This document shows, piece after piece, positions 25,726 through 38,789 of a DNA stretch of 64,000 nucleotides (its first letter is position 1; the number at the start of each line of letters is the position of its first letter). The position numbers and the translations under genes were made by a program. The notes under the pieces are model-generated. The model had not been told where the DNA came from, searched no databases, and worked only from the letters and a program-made list of their open reading frames with translations. The DNA is from Pristiophorus japonicus (lineage: Eukaryota): positions 249,178,001 through 249,242,000 of the forward strand of contig NC_091977.1 of the NCBI RefSeq assembly GCF_044704955.1. Reading direction: 5' to 3'.

Positions 25726-26364
25726 CTGGAAAAAAAACAGTACATTTAATGGATGCATTTTTTTCATACATTCTGGATTTTCATTATAGAATGACTGCAT
25801 ATAATTATAAGTTACCAAATATCTGTTGAACAACGATCCCTTGTGTAAAATTAAGTGAATTAATTGGCTAAAAAGAATGACTTCATTCCAGAAATTATTA
25901 AAACCAAAATGCCTTAAAACCTATAAAATGCTTTTGATTACCTTCTAGGCCATTAGGAAACCGACAGCTTCATTTTATTACATTAGTGCCACCAGCGAAT
26001 ATGAATAGGACAGAATGTGTTATATTCTTCTCCCATTACCACTATTATTGTATGATTTTAAAAATTTGGTCCTATGGAAAGGCAAGTCCAGTCAAGCTAG
26101 TGGAATATCTAATGATTAAAATCACAGAACCGGGGAAAAGGAGTAGAAATTTAACAAACTTCAAGTGAGATGGAGACTCCAATAATTATTCCGCATATAG
26201 TAGTATATAGTGCCAATCCAACCCTGCCCAAGAGCAGGATAGGCGCTGAGTCAGCACAACCTTATTGCACCCTTGATGGCGGGTAATGGTGCAAACTGAC
26301 TGCTGGTCTTGGGCCCTTAGGGGGACAAAAGCCAGAAGGCCTCTAGTACCAAAAGCGAAGAAAA

Positions 26365-27563
26365 GAAAGAAAGACTTGGATTTATATCGCGCCTTTCATG
26401 ACCACCAGACATCTCAAAGCCAATTAAGTACTTTCGGAGTGTAGTTACTGTTGTAATGTGGGAAACGCGGCAGCCAACTTGTGCATAGCAAACTCCCACA
26501 AACAGCAATGTGATAATGATCCAGATAATCTGTGTTATAAGAACATAAGGAATAGGAGTAGGCCACACGCCCCCTTGAGCCTGCTCCGCCATTTAATACG
26601 ATCATGACTGATCCAATCATGGACTCAGGTCCATTTCCCTGCCCACTCCCCATAACCCCTTATTCCCTTATCGGTTAAAAAACTGTCTATCACTGTCTTA
26701 AATTTATTCAATGATTCAGCTTCCACAGCTCTCTGAGGCAGCAAATTCCACAGATGTACAATCCTCCGAGAGAAGAAATTCCTCCTCATCTCAGTTTTAA
26801 ATGGGCGGCCCCTTATTCTGAGATTATGCCCCCTAGTTCTAGTCTCCCCTATCAGTGGAAACAGCCTCTCTGCATCCACCTGGTCAAGCTCGCTCATAAT
26901 CTTATATGTTTTGATAAGATCACCTCTCATTCTTCTGAATTCCAATGAGTAGAGGCCCAACCTTCTCAACCTTTCTTCATAAGTCAACCCCCTCATCTCC
27001 AGAATCAACCGAGTGAACCTTCTCTGAACTGCCTCCAAAGCAAGTGTATCCTTTCTTAAATATGGAAACCAAAACTGTATACAGTATTCCAGGTGTGGCT
27101 TCACCAATACCCTGTATAACTATAGCAAGACTTCCCTGCTTTTGTACTCCATCCCCTTTGCAATAAAGCCCACGATTCCATTGACCTTCCTGATCACTTG
27201 CTGTACCTGCATACTAACCTTTTGTGTTTCATGCACCCGGACCCCCAGGTCCCACTGTACTGCAGCACTTTGCAATTTTTTTATGTTGATTGAGGGATAA
27301 ATATTGGCCAGGACACTGGGGTTAACTCCACTGCTCTTCTTCAAAATAGTGTTATAGGATCTTTTACGTCCACTTGAGAGAGCAGACGGGGCCTCCGTTT
27401 AACCTCTCATCTGAAAGGCGGCACCTCCAACAGTGGAGTGCTTCTTCAGCACTGCACTGGAGTGACAGCCTCGATTTTTTTCGTTTTCAAGTCCCTGGAG
27501 TGGGACTTGAACTCACAACCTTCTGACTCAGGCAAGAGTGCTACCAACTGAGCCACAGCTGAC
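26365..27563 (-). mobile_element. tRNA-derived SINE interrupted by a CR1 3' fragment (-, about 26536-27276)
   Basis: A and B boxes on the minus strand at about 27500-27555; CR1 ORF 26625-27107. Confidence 0.8.
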
Positions 27564-29082
27564 ACTAAAAAGGTTTCCATCTTCCTTTGGTTTTCTGTCT
27601 GGTCCCCTTAGATGTTCTGATCTCAAGAGGTCTAATGCCAGTCAGAATCTAACGCCAGTTTCATCAGCTAGTCCATCAAAATTAGTGCCCTTCATTGGCA
27701 CAGGGAAGCCTAGGGCCATCTGTCTGGAGAAACCCCTGAAATCCTGGGACCACATAAAGGAGGCAGAGTCCTGGTGTAATGCTGTTATCGCCTCCTTTTC
27801 CTCTACATTTCCCACATTACAACAGTGACAACACTTCAAAAAGTACTTCAGCGGCCGTAAAGCACTTTGAGATGTCCAGTGGTCGTGAAAGGTGCTATAT
27901 AAATGCAAATCTTTCTTTCTTTACACGCGCCGCCCAGCCACTGGCAGCTACCCACCGGGGAAAGCGGCCAGCCGTTCCGTTCACGTGGGGCAATTTCCCT
28001 CGCGAGGCAGAAAGGGGTCAATGCATGGCCAACGGGGCAAGAACACGTTGGGGTAACCTTCTCCACCAGAAAAAGGCCTCTTTGAAGCGGTAATTTTTTT
28101 TAATTTTTTTTAAAAAGGGGCAATTTTGGCCCCTTTAAGTTATGAAGATAAGCACAAAGACAGTCAAATTCTGCACAGAGCACTATTTCTTGAACTACTG
28201 AGTCCAGGTATGCAGGAATTTATGGAATGCATCTTGTCAACAACAAATAAATTAGACAGTAAAACTGGATTTTCTATTAAGCAGTTTTGTTTAGTAAACT
28301 TCAGGAGTTGGGAGAAATGTTACAAAAATTTATTCCATGGGTGTCATTGGCTGCAAGAGAATGAATAGGATGGGCATGCTCCATTATGGTATAAATTATT
28401 TATGTTTGCTGGAGGGCTTGATAAACCAAGTGAGTTCTCTGCAGTCCACATTTTGTTCTGTAATTTTATTGGTTTATAGGAAGAGCAAAGGCCTAGATAC
28501 ATTACAACACTAACATTAAACAATCGTTTATTAGAAATCTTCCTCAAGTATATTTACAGTAGTTTGTCTTCTTTTCTTGCAATTTCATGATATAGGAAGA
28601 AATAATGATTTTAGTTTTTCCTGACCTACAAAGGGCATTGTTTCATTACTAGAGACATGCAATACACAAGTATTGATTTGATGATTATAGAACTCTAAAT
28701 CACATAGATAAAAGAATGTTTTGCACCATAGCATTGCACTGCAAATAAAATTTTGCCCTATGACCAATTCAATTGTACTTTGCATGTGCAACTTGTTGAC
28801 TATTAACGATTGCCAAAGGAAACTTACTTATTGAATAAAGATACAGGCAATATTTTGTATCAAGGTAATAAAATGCTTGCTTGATTTGTTTTTATTGGAC
28901 CTGAAGGAACATTAGAAAAACTTATTTCACAAGACGAATTTTGCTGCAAACATATCATGGATATTATAAAGCTTTTTCATGAAACACACAAGGCCAAAAA
29001 TCCATGTTTTTCTGGGTACATCGTAGCATAAGTACTGAAGTGCATCCGTCTATGACCCTATCAAGGTTTGGGTGGTTAGGTG

Positions 29083-32000
29083 TGTTATGTCTCAAATAAA
29101 GCAATGTGACTGAGTACTGTAGACTTGAGTAAGTGTGACTTTAGTCCCTTTATTCTGACTCCAGAGTGCCTGCACAGCATGGGAGGCCCGCTTATATGCA
29201 GTGCTCCCAAGTTACGCTGGGATCCTTTGGGACTCCAACAGATGCGCCCTCTGGTGGCAGTAGAATGCTGGTTACAAGGTGTTGCATACATAACATCACT
29301 CTCCCCCGCACTCCCCCACACCAAAATCAATAGTTCACTTATTTACAGGATGAGACGATCTGGGGCTTTCTATTCCCTAGTCGATCGTCTCGGTACAAAC
29401 ATAGGTGCAGGTGATTTGGTTGGGCCTTCGCTGGGCTGCTGGGGATGATGAGTTTAGCTTCGTGGTCAACCGTGATGTTGGTTGCCATTTGTGTGTGTAT
29501 CGGAGGGTCGAAGTTGGTGGTGTCCTCTTCAGGTTGCTCGTGGCTGTCAGTGAATCGCAGTTTGGTTTGGTCCAAATGCTTTCTGCAAGTTAATCCATTT
29601 GCAAGTTTGACCTCAAACACCCTACTCCCTTCTTTGGCTATGACAGTGCCAGCAAGCCATTTGGGACCATGACCATAGTTGAGTACAAATACAGGGTCAT
29701 TGACTTCAATATCGCATGACAAATTTGCGCGATCATAGAAACATAGAAAATAGGTGCAGGAGTAGGCCATTCGGCCCTTCGAGCCTGCACCACCATTCAA
29801 TAAGATCATGGCTGATCATTCACCTCAGTACCTCTTTCCTGCTTTCTCTCCATACCCCTTGATCCCTTTAGCCGTAAGGGCTGTATCTCACTCCCCCTTA
29901 AATATATCCAATGAACTGGCATCAACAACTCTCTGCGGTAGGGAATTCCACAGGTTAACAACTCTCTGAGTGAAGAAGTTTCTCCTCATCTCAGTCCTAA
30001 ATGGCTTACCCCTTATCCTAAGACTATGTCCCCTGGTTCTCGACTTCCCCAACATCGGGAACATTCTTCCTGCATCTAACCTGTCCAATCCCGTCAGAAT
30101 TGTATATGTTTCTATGAGATCCCCTCTCATCCTTCTAAACTCCAGTGAACACAGGCCCAGTCGATCCAGTCTCTCCTCATGTCAGTCCTGCCATCCCGGG
30201 AATCAGTCTGGTAAACCTTCGCTGCACTCCCTCAATAGCAAGAACGTCCTTCCTCAGATTAGGAGACCAAAACTGAACACAATATTCCAGATGAGGCCTC
30301 ATTAAGGCCCTGTACAACTGCAGTAAGATCTCCCTGCCCCTACACTCAAATCCCCTAGCTATGAAGGCCAACATACCATTTGCCTTCTTCACCGCCTGCT
30401 GAACCTGCATGCCAACTTTCAATGACTGATGTACCATGACACCCAGGCCTCACTGCACCTCCCCTTTTCCTAATCTTCCGCCATTCAGATAATATTCTGC
30501 CCTCCAGTTTTTGCCCCCAAAGTGGATAACCTCATATTTAACCACATTATACTGCATCTGCGATGTGTTTGCTCACTCACCTAACCTATCCAAGTCCTCT
30601 GCAGCCTTTTAGCGTCATCCTCACAGCTCTCACTGCCACCCAGCTTAGTGTCATCTGCAAACTTGGAGAAATTACACTCAATTCCCTCATCCAAATCATT
30701 AATGTACATTGTAAATAGCTGGGGTCCCAGCACTGAGCCCTGCGGTACCCCATTAGTCACTGCCTGCCATTCTGAAAAGGACCCGTTTATCCCGACTCTC
30801 TGCTTTCTGTCTGCCAACCAGTTCTCTATCCACATCAGTACATTACCCCCTATACCATGTGCTTTCATTTTGCACACCAATCTCTTGTGTGGGACCTTGT
30901 CAAAAGCCTTTTGAAAGTCCAAATACACCACATCCACTGGTTCTCTAATGTTACATGCTTTGTTGATGCCGCCTGCCCTCGACATGATCATGGAGATCAG
31001 GGTGGACTAGAGAGAGCCTTGCTTTGAGTGCCCTTTTCACGAGCAGTTCGGCAGGGGGATCCCCGGTGAGCGAGTGCGGTAGCTGAGCAGGACTCAGGAC
31101 AGGCAGGTCTGCAGGGAGCCTTCCGACACGCGTTTCAAGCTTTGCTTGATGCTTGATGGTTCTGCCTGGCTGTTGTTGTAGGCTTGAATGGGGCAGATGT
31201 GACGTGCTTGATCCCATTGTGGGTCATGAATTCCTTGAATTCAGCGCTGGTGAAGCACGGCCCAATGTCGCTGATAAGGCAAACATGGCTCGTAGGCTTT
31301 CGATGGTGGCAGTGGATGTGCTTACAGACATTATTACACACTCAATCCATTTTAAATAAGCATCCACAACAACCAAAAACATTTTGCCTAGAAACGGGCC
31401 AGCAAAGTCAATGTGGATCCTAGACCACGATTTGGAGGGCCATGACCACAAACTTAGCGGTGCCTCCCTGGGTGCATTGCTCAGTCGAGGGCAAGTGTTG
31501 CATTGGCACACGCAAGACTCCAAATCTGAGTCGCTGTCGGGCCACCACACATGGGATCTGGCTATAGCTTTCATCATTACTATGCCTGGGTGGGTACTGT
31601 GTAGGTTGCGTATGAGTAATTCCCTGCCTTTCTTAGGCAAAACCACGCGATTACCCCACAAAAGACAGTCCGCCTGTATGGACATTTTGTCTTTGCGCCA
31701 CTGGAACGGCTTGATCTCATCATGCATCTCCGCTGGACCAGCTCCCATGGAGGACACAGTTTTTTTTTTTTACAAGGGACAGTAAAGGATTCTGGCTGGT
31801 CCAGGTCCTGATCTAGCGGGCCGTAATGGGTGACTTTTCGTTTTCAAATGCATCCATCACCAAGAACAAGTCTGCAGGCTGTGCCATTTCCAATCCGGTG
31901 GTGGGCAATGGTAGCTGACTGAGAGCATCAGCACAGTTCTCTGTGCCTGGCCTGTGGCGAATTACATAGTTATATGCAGACAACGTGAGCGCCCATCTTT

Positions 32001-34741
32001 GGATGCAAGCAGAGGCATTGGTATTAATACCTTTGCTCTCTGAGAATAGCGATCTGAGCAGCTTATGGTCAGTTTCTAATTCGAACTTAAGCCCTAACAG
32101 ATACCGGTACATTTTTTTTACCCCGTAAACGCATGCCAGAGCTTCTTTTTCAATCATGCTGTAGGCCCTTTCGGCCTTGGACAAACTCCTGGACACATAA
32201 GCAACCGGACACATAAGCAATGTTCCCGATTCGTTTGCTTGTTGTACACACACCCGACCCCATACGAAGACGCATCGCAAGCTAGCACTAAACGTTTACA
32301 TGGGTCATACAGAATAAGCAGTTTGTTGGAACATAACAGATTTCTGGCTTTCTCAAAAGCAATCTCTTGTGATTTCCCCCATAACCCAGTCATCTCCCTT
32401 GCGTAGCAACACATGTAGAGGTTCTAGCAAGGTGCTTAACCCGGGTAGGAAATTACCAAAATAATTGAGGAGTCCCAGGAACGACCGCAGCTCCGTCACA
32501 TTCTGTGGTCTCGGCGCGTTCTTGATGGGCTCTGTCTTGGCATCGGTAGGCCTGATGCCGTCCGCCACGATTCTTCTCCCTAAGAACTTGACCTCTGGCG
32601 CCAGGAAAACACACTTCGAGCATTTCAATCTGAGTCCCATACGATCAAGCCAACTTAGAACCTCTTCCAAGTTCTGTAAGTGTTCGATGGTGTCCCGACC
32701 TGTGATCAATATGTAATCCTGGAAAACCACGGTGCGCGGAACAGATTTTAGCAGACTTTCCATGTTCCTTTGAAAAATAGCCGCGGCTGATTGAATCCCA
32801 AACGGGCATCTATTGTAGATGAACAGATCTTTGTGCGTGTTGATGCAGGTGAGGCCTTTCGAAGATTCCGCCAGCTCCTGCGTCATGTAGACCGAGGTCA
32901 GGTCCAACTTGGTGAATGTCTTCCCTCCTGCCAGTGTCGCAAATAGGTAGTCTGTCTTGGTTAGCGGGTACTGGTCCTGCACCAATAAACGGTTAATCGT
33001 TACTTTATACTCTCCACTAATTCTGATCGTGCCATCACCCTAGAGAACCGGAGCAATCGGACTGGCCCACTCGTTGAACTCAACTGGCGCGATGATGCCT
33101 CTCGTTGCAGCCTATCCAGCTCAATCTCCACTTTCTCTCGCATCATGTATGGCACCGCACATGCCTTGTGTTGGATGGGTCATGTACCGGGAACCAAGTG
33201 TAGCTGCACCTTCGCCCCAGAGAAATTTCCGATACCTGGCTCAAACAACGACGGGAACTTGTTCAAAACCTGGGCACATGAGGCGTCGTCGACGGACGAA
33301 AGCACTCGGATGTCATCCCAGTTCCAGCGGATTTTTCACAGCCAGCTTCTGCCGAACAGTGTGGGGCTATCTCCTGGTACAATCCATCGTGGTAGTTCGT
33401 GCACCACTCCATCATAGGAGACTTTTACTGCTGCATTGCCAAATACAGGGATCAGGTCTTTAGTTTAAGTTCTCAGCTTGGTATGAATAGGGCTCAGCTT
33501 GGGCCTTTGTGCCTTGTTGCACCACAGCCTCTCGAAGACCTTTTTGCTCATGATAGACTGACTCGTACCCGTGTCCAATTCTATGGATATTGGAATTCTG
33601 TTCAGTTCAACTTTTAACATGATCGGTGGACATTTCGTGGTGAAGGTGTGTACCCTGTACACTTCTGACTCCTCGGTTCAAGTCTCTACTTCAGTTTGAT
33701 CCGCCATGGATCGGTCTTCCTCTGCAACGTTGTGGTTTGCAGCTCATCTGCACATTCGCTGGAGGTGTCCCATTGTTTCACAGCCTTTGCACGCATAGTG
33801 TTTGAAGCGACATTGATGGGCTCGATGATTGCCTCCGCAGTGCCAACAAGGTGTTAATTGCCTCGCATTCACACTTGATGGCGGACTCTGAGTCATCTGA
33901 GGTCGTGCAGCTGCAGGCATGTATGTTCTGCCATATGCATTCCTGCCTGACAATGACATTACTTTGTGTACAGTACTTGCCGATGCATCACTATGCTGCG
34001 AAATTTGTTTGGTGTTATCGCTGGTGGACATAAATGCCTGGGCTATCATTATGGCTTTGCTCAGGTGCAAAGGATAACCTCATGGCCAATGCCAAGCAAA
34101 AAAAACTCTCTTAGCATTTGCTCCAGGAATCCACCGAATTCGCAAAGTCCTGCAAGGTGCCTTAGTTCAGCGACGTAGCTCGCCACTTCCTGGCCTTCAA
34201 ACCGTTGACATGGATAAAATCGATACTTTGCCATCAGAACGCGCTCCTTTGGATTTAGGTGCTCCCGGACCAGCGTACATAGTTCTTCATACGATTTGGT
34301 TGTTGGTTTCACCGGAGCAAGAAGATTCTTCATGAGGCCATAGGTTGTTGCCCTGCAGATGGTGAGGAGGATCGCCCTTCGTTTGGCAGCGTTCTCATTC
34401 CCTTCCAGCTCATTGGCCAAGTAGTATTGGTCGAGTCACTCCACAAAGGCTTCCCAATCGTCCCTTTCTGAGAATTTCTCTGGGATACCAACAGTTCTCT
34501 GCATTTGAGAGTGATGGTTCATTATCTATTACTCGACGCCAGTTGTTATGTCTCAAATAAAGCAATGTGATTGATTAAGTGTGACCTTAGTCTCTTTATT
34601 CTGACTCCAGAGTGCCCTCACAGTATGGGAAGCCCGCTTATATGCAGTGCTCCCAAGTGATGCTGGGATCCTTTGGGACTCCAACAGATGCACCCTCTGG
34701 TGGCGGTAAAATGCTGGTTACAAGGTGTTGCATACATAACA
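29083..34741 (-). mobile_element. Gypsy LTR retrotransposon, decayed (LTRs 34544-34741 and 29083-29295)
   Basis: TGTTATG...CATAACA LTRs; perfect AGGTG TSD; PBS TGGCGTCGAG; gag zinc knuckles, LDTGT protease, RT, RNase H and integrase fragments. Confidence 0.95.
29734..30946 (-). mobile_element. 5'-truncated CR1 inserted in the Gypsy integrase 3' region
   Basis: VYLDFQKAFDKVPH, GVPQGSVLGP, FADDTK; (TTTCTATG) tail. Confidence 0.9.
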
Positions 34742-36449
34742 AGGTGTACATTCCATTTTATATGGGAATAGCAGGCACCTAGGTCACATCTCGGATGCCT
34801 GGCAAAAACATGAAGCTGGTAAATCCAGTGCAACTTGCTGGGCCATTGATAACCCCCTCCCCCAGAATAACTTTTACAATGTCCTCAGGAGCTCCCTTTG
34901 TAAGGGGTTCTAGTTAATTTTTTCCCCTTTTCTTCGAGGAATCAGGTTGTGATAAAAAACTGCCCAGTACTGATGTTTCAAGAGAGAGGGACAAATAAAG
35001 GCTGAATTGTGACCAATGTTCCCTTGATGATTTTTTTGGGTGCGCGGTTCCTTTAATTGGCTGCATGGTCCAGTCAAAATGTAATCACCAATTGAAACAG
35101 TGGTAGGTGGCATGCGCGGAACTTCCAGACAGCTGCGTAGCTGCACAACTTAGCGGGAATGTTGTCTGTGACCTCTCCCGGATTGGCTTGCTAAATTGCC
35201 AATTAAAGTTACCAGCTTGACTGAGAAAACTCCCTTTTAACTATGAGAGCTAAAGCAATTACATTTACTATTCAGCTAAGACCCCTTCCCTCCGCTGGGC
35301 ATATTGAATGAAGACCATTCCAACATTAGAGCCGAGAACTGAAATTGCTGGATGACTCCTCATTGTCTCCAACCTGATAATAGTATGTAAGAATGCACAA
35401 TTTGTATAACTGCTTCATCTGGTATTCAACTAATGCCCTAATCAACATCCCTGATAGCTTGTGTGTCTCGAGGAATTAATTCTTTGTGAACTGAATCTAA
35501 TTTCATACCAACATAAATTAAACAAAACTATCTTCCAGGCGCAGGGGACTTCTCCCAATGTCCTGGGTAACATTTATACCTCGATCAACATCACCAAAAA
35601 ACAGATTATGCGATAATTTATCACATGACTATGTACTTTGTTGTGCGCAAATTAGCTTCATGCTTGCTTACTTTGCAATAGTGACTGCAGTACACAAGTG
35701 CTTCACTGACTGTGCAGTGTTTTGGGACATGCTGAAGACTCAAAAGACACTATATACATGAAAGTCTTTCTTTCTGGGCCAAATAGGTAAATATCTGAAA
35801 TCCTTAAACTGACCTGTAGCCATGGGATCTGGGAACACTGGGAAGGCAGCCCAGCAACTGGCAGTGCTGAGTTGGAGTTTCATGGTCAAAGTGGTATTTT
35901 GAGGGAGACTCCCTGTTTCTGGTAGCACTGAGAGGAAACACTCAGGACAGTTTGAATTATCTCAGCAGAGGAATTGCAAGCATGAATATTATTAGGTTTT
36001 TGAGACAGCCTGAAGGCTTTTCAACCCTTGGAATTCTAAGTAAATCCCAAGGAAACTTGACCTGAAAGCTATAAAGAAAGGAAGACTTGCATTTATGTAG
36101 CACCTATAGTGACCAGATAATCGTTTTTTGTCATGTTGATTGAAGGATAAATATTGGCCAAGCTGAATCAAAAGGATGATGAACAATTGGGGGTAGAGAA
36201 TGTTTATCATTGTTCTGAGTCAGGATTACATATAATTTCATGAAAGACACAGATAACAGCTAAAGGCTGCTGAGTTTCTGAATTTGTCACATCCTTGACA
36301 AGGGATTCTTTGTCGTCAGTATACAGTAACTTTAAGTTATCCAGTAAGTAGTTAATTGAGGTTGTAGCTAGTGTATTATCACTTAGTCGTGATTTCCATA
36401 TGTCTTTAATATACTTGTGAAATGGAATAGGTATCTGAGGAGACAAAGC

Positions 36450-37975
36450 AAAATTACTGGCAAAATTCGATTACCCTGATCAACACTTCAAAGCTCTGTT
36501 TCCCACCCGCAGCCAACCAAATGGAGAGGCTTGCTGACTGTAGGACAAACAGGCCTGTGGCACTAGGCCACAGAGAGGAGGGAGGGAGGGAACGCTGAGT
36601 GGATGGAGATGGGGGTGGGAGAGGGTGAATTGGGGACAGAGGATGATCGTTGGGGTCAATTGGGGCCGGAGACTGGTTGTGGGAGGGGGTGATTTGGGAG
36701 GATGATCGGGTGGGGGAGGGGGGGGGGGCGGGGGTGGAGAGAGATAAATCTGGGCTGGAGGGCAATCAAGGGTTGGGAGGGGGGCAGATGAATCGGGGTC
36801 GGAGGATGATCGGGGTGGTGGGTGTGTGAATTGGGACCGGAGCAGGATCAGAGGGTAGGATGAATTGAGTGGGGGTAAATTGGGGCCAGAGAAGGATCTG
36901 GGGGGAGTGTTGAATCGATGCCAGAGGAGCATCAGGGGTTGGGGGTGTGGTCGTTGGGGGCCGGAGGGGGGAGGCCAGGAAGGCAATCGAAGGCTGGAGG
37001 TGGGAGGTATTAGGCCAGAGTGGGGATCAGAGGCCTAGGTTGGGGAGATGTCTGATCATAGGTGGTGGGTGAAGCAGGGTCGCTGGATTCATCAGGTAAG
37101 TATAAAGGTACATACCTCCTAGATCCAGCAGTCCTTGCCTCCAGTTAGCCGCTGGGTTCCCGAGGCCCTGGAATCCCAGCCAGCCAGAGTTAAATTTGAA
37201 AAGGTGGATCACTAGGAGGCACGCCAGACTCATTATCATATTTAAATGAGTGACCTGCTTTCTGGGACCAGGTTGGCTGCCCGCCCCCATTCCGCCTCGG
37301 TTAAAACCAAAAGTGGTCGGATTGGAGACGGGTTGGGGTCGGGATTCCGTTTTTATAACTCTTTAACCTCTCACCCGACCCCAATTCACCTGTTTTTTGG
37401 GGTTAAAATTCCACCCAGACTCTGAAATTCTAGGGTTGGAAGAGGGATTTGCACCTATGCCCAGGAAGTAGATCTATGGAAATTTGGGCAACCCTCAGCC
37501 GCCTGCTGGCACTCAGGTAAAGTGTGGGTATTGGGTATCAGGGTTCCGGTGTGGGGGGGGGGGGGGTGTGTAGTGTCATGTGGTAAAAAAGGGGTGGCAT
37601 TGTCCTAAGCTTTTTTTAATGGGCTTGGCGGAAGTCTCCGGTTCCACCTGGCCTCACAAAGTAAGAAACTTATCTTGAATGGCTTCTTCTGTTTCCGATA
37701 CTCTTCCCACTTGACTTTACCCTGGCTGGAATGTCGCGGCAGCAGTGTTAGGTCGGAGTTATAATTGTGGCCGGGCACGATATCATCATCAGACCCCGAG
37801 CTACAGATTAAAAGAAGGACCTCGCCAGCTCCAAGGTGGGCCTTTTCCAGCTGCGCAGAAGAGCAGGTTAAAACTGAAGACGATGGGATCCAGGTAGGAC
37901 ATTGGCAGCTAAAGTCACCCAGTTTATTTTAACTGCCTACCCACTGGATGGGTGGCAAGGTTAGAATTGACCCCC
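36450..37975. mobile_element. Probable Harbinger-derived non-autonomous elements with a G-rich degenerate repeat (about 36570-37080)
   Basis: Ends such as AAAATTCCACCC (about 37416) and GAATTGACCCCC (about 37975); boundaries uncertain. Confidence 0.4.
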
Positions 37976-38387
37976 ATATTGTCACATTGTAAGAGTATTC
38001 CTCCCAGCCGAGCTACCAACAGCCATCCTTTGCAAGTGCCAGTATTCGGGTCAGATCATGTTAGCATGTGAAGTATTAATTTGCATTCCTGTGCTTTTGG
38101 GGTGGGGGGGTGAGGGGGAGGAAGCACACCATATTAGACAAGCAAAGATCTGACCGCCAGAAATTGCACGAGAATGTCTGAAATTGATTCACCTCCAAAC
38201 TTTCCTGTAGGATAAGCACTTGCTGTCGCTCTGTCATCAGAAACTCACCAATAGAGGGAAGGTAAAGGTTCAAATCTGCAACCTACCATTCTGTGCCACA
38301 GCACAAAATCCCACCTTTCTGCCACCTACCTAGTAATACGCACAGATTAAAGTGGCTGTATCCAGATCAGTGCTTTTGAAATCTTAC

Positions 38388-38540
38388 TTCATCTCTGTTT
38401 CCTTCTGGTATTCCAGCATCTTTAGCTTTTGGACGTGTAGCGGCAAGAACTTGCTCAAGCTCATCTTTCTCAAACAGATTTGGAACGTCTCCCGAGTTGA
38501 GGATGTTATTGATATCTTCTAGAAATTCCTCTGCTATGAT
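38388..38540 (-). CDS. DNAH6: Dynein heavy chain exon (IIAEEFLEDINNILNSGDVPNLF...GNRDE)
   Basis: caacag acceptor, gtaaga donor; 153 bp; FLEDINNILNSG.VPNLF motif. Confidence 0.93.
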
Positions 38541-38789
38541 CTGTTGGGCAACAATAATATGTTTGCACAATCTCCTGTATGTTGATAATTACACCAGCAT
38601 GGACAGGAAATACACTTAACAGTTGGCATAGCACCCATCATTCTAGAAAATTATGCCCACAGTGTTTGAGTCCCGGGTCTGTCACATGTAAAAAAAAATG
38701 TAGGCATGCTCATTGGCACGGGCCATGTCTTACTTATGTTAATACCACGTTTATAGAAGATGTACAAATAATAAAAAGATATGACTAGA

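Noticed and set aside
36570-37080. Another possible A->G hyper-edited tract
   Set aside because: G-rich, but looks like a degenerate tandem repeat; no unedited parent sequence could be aligned by eye
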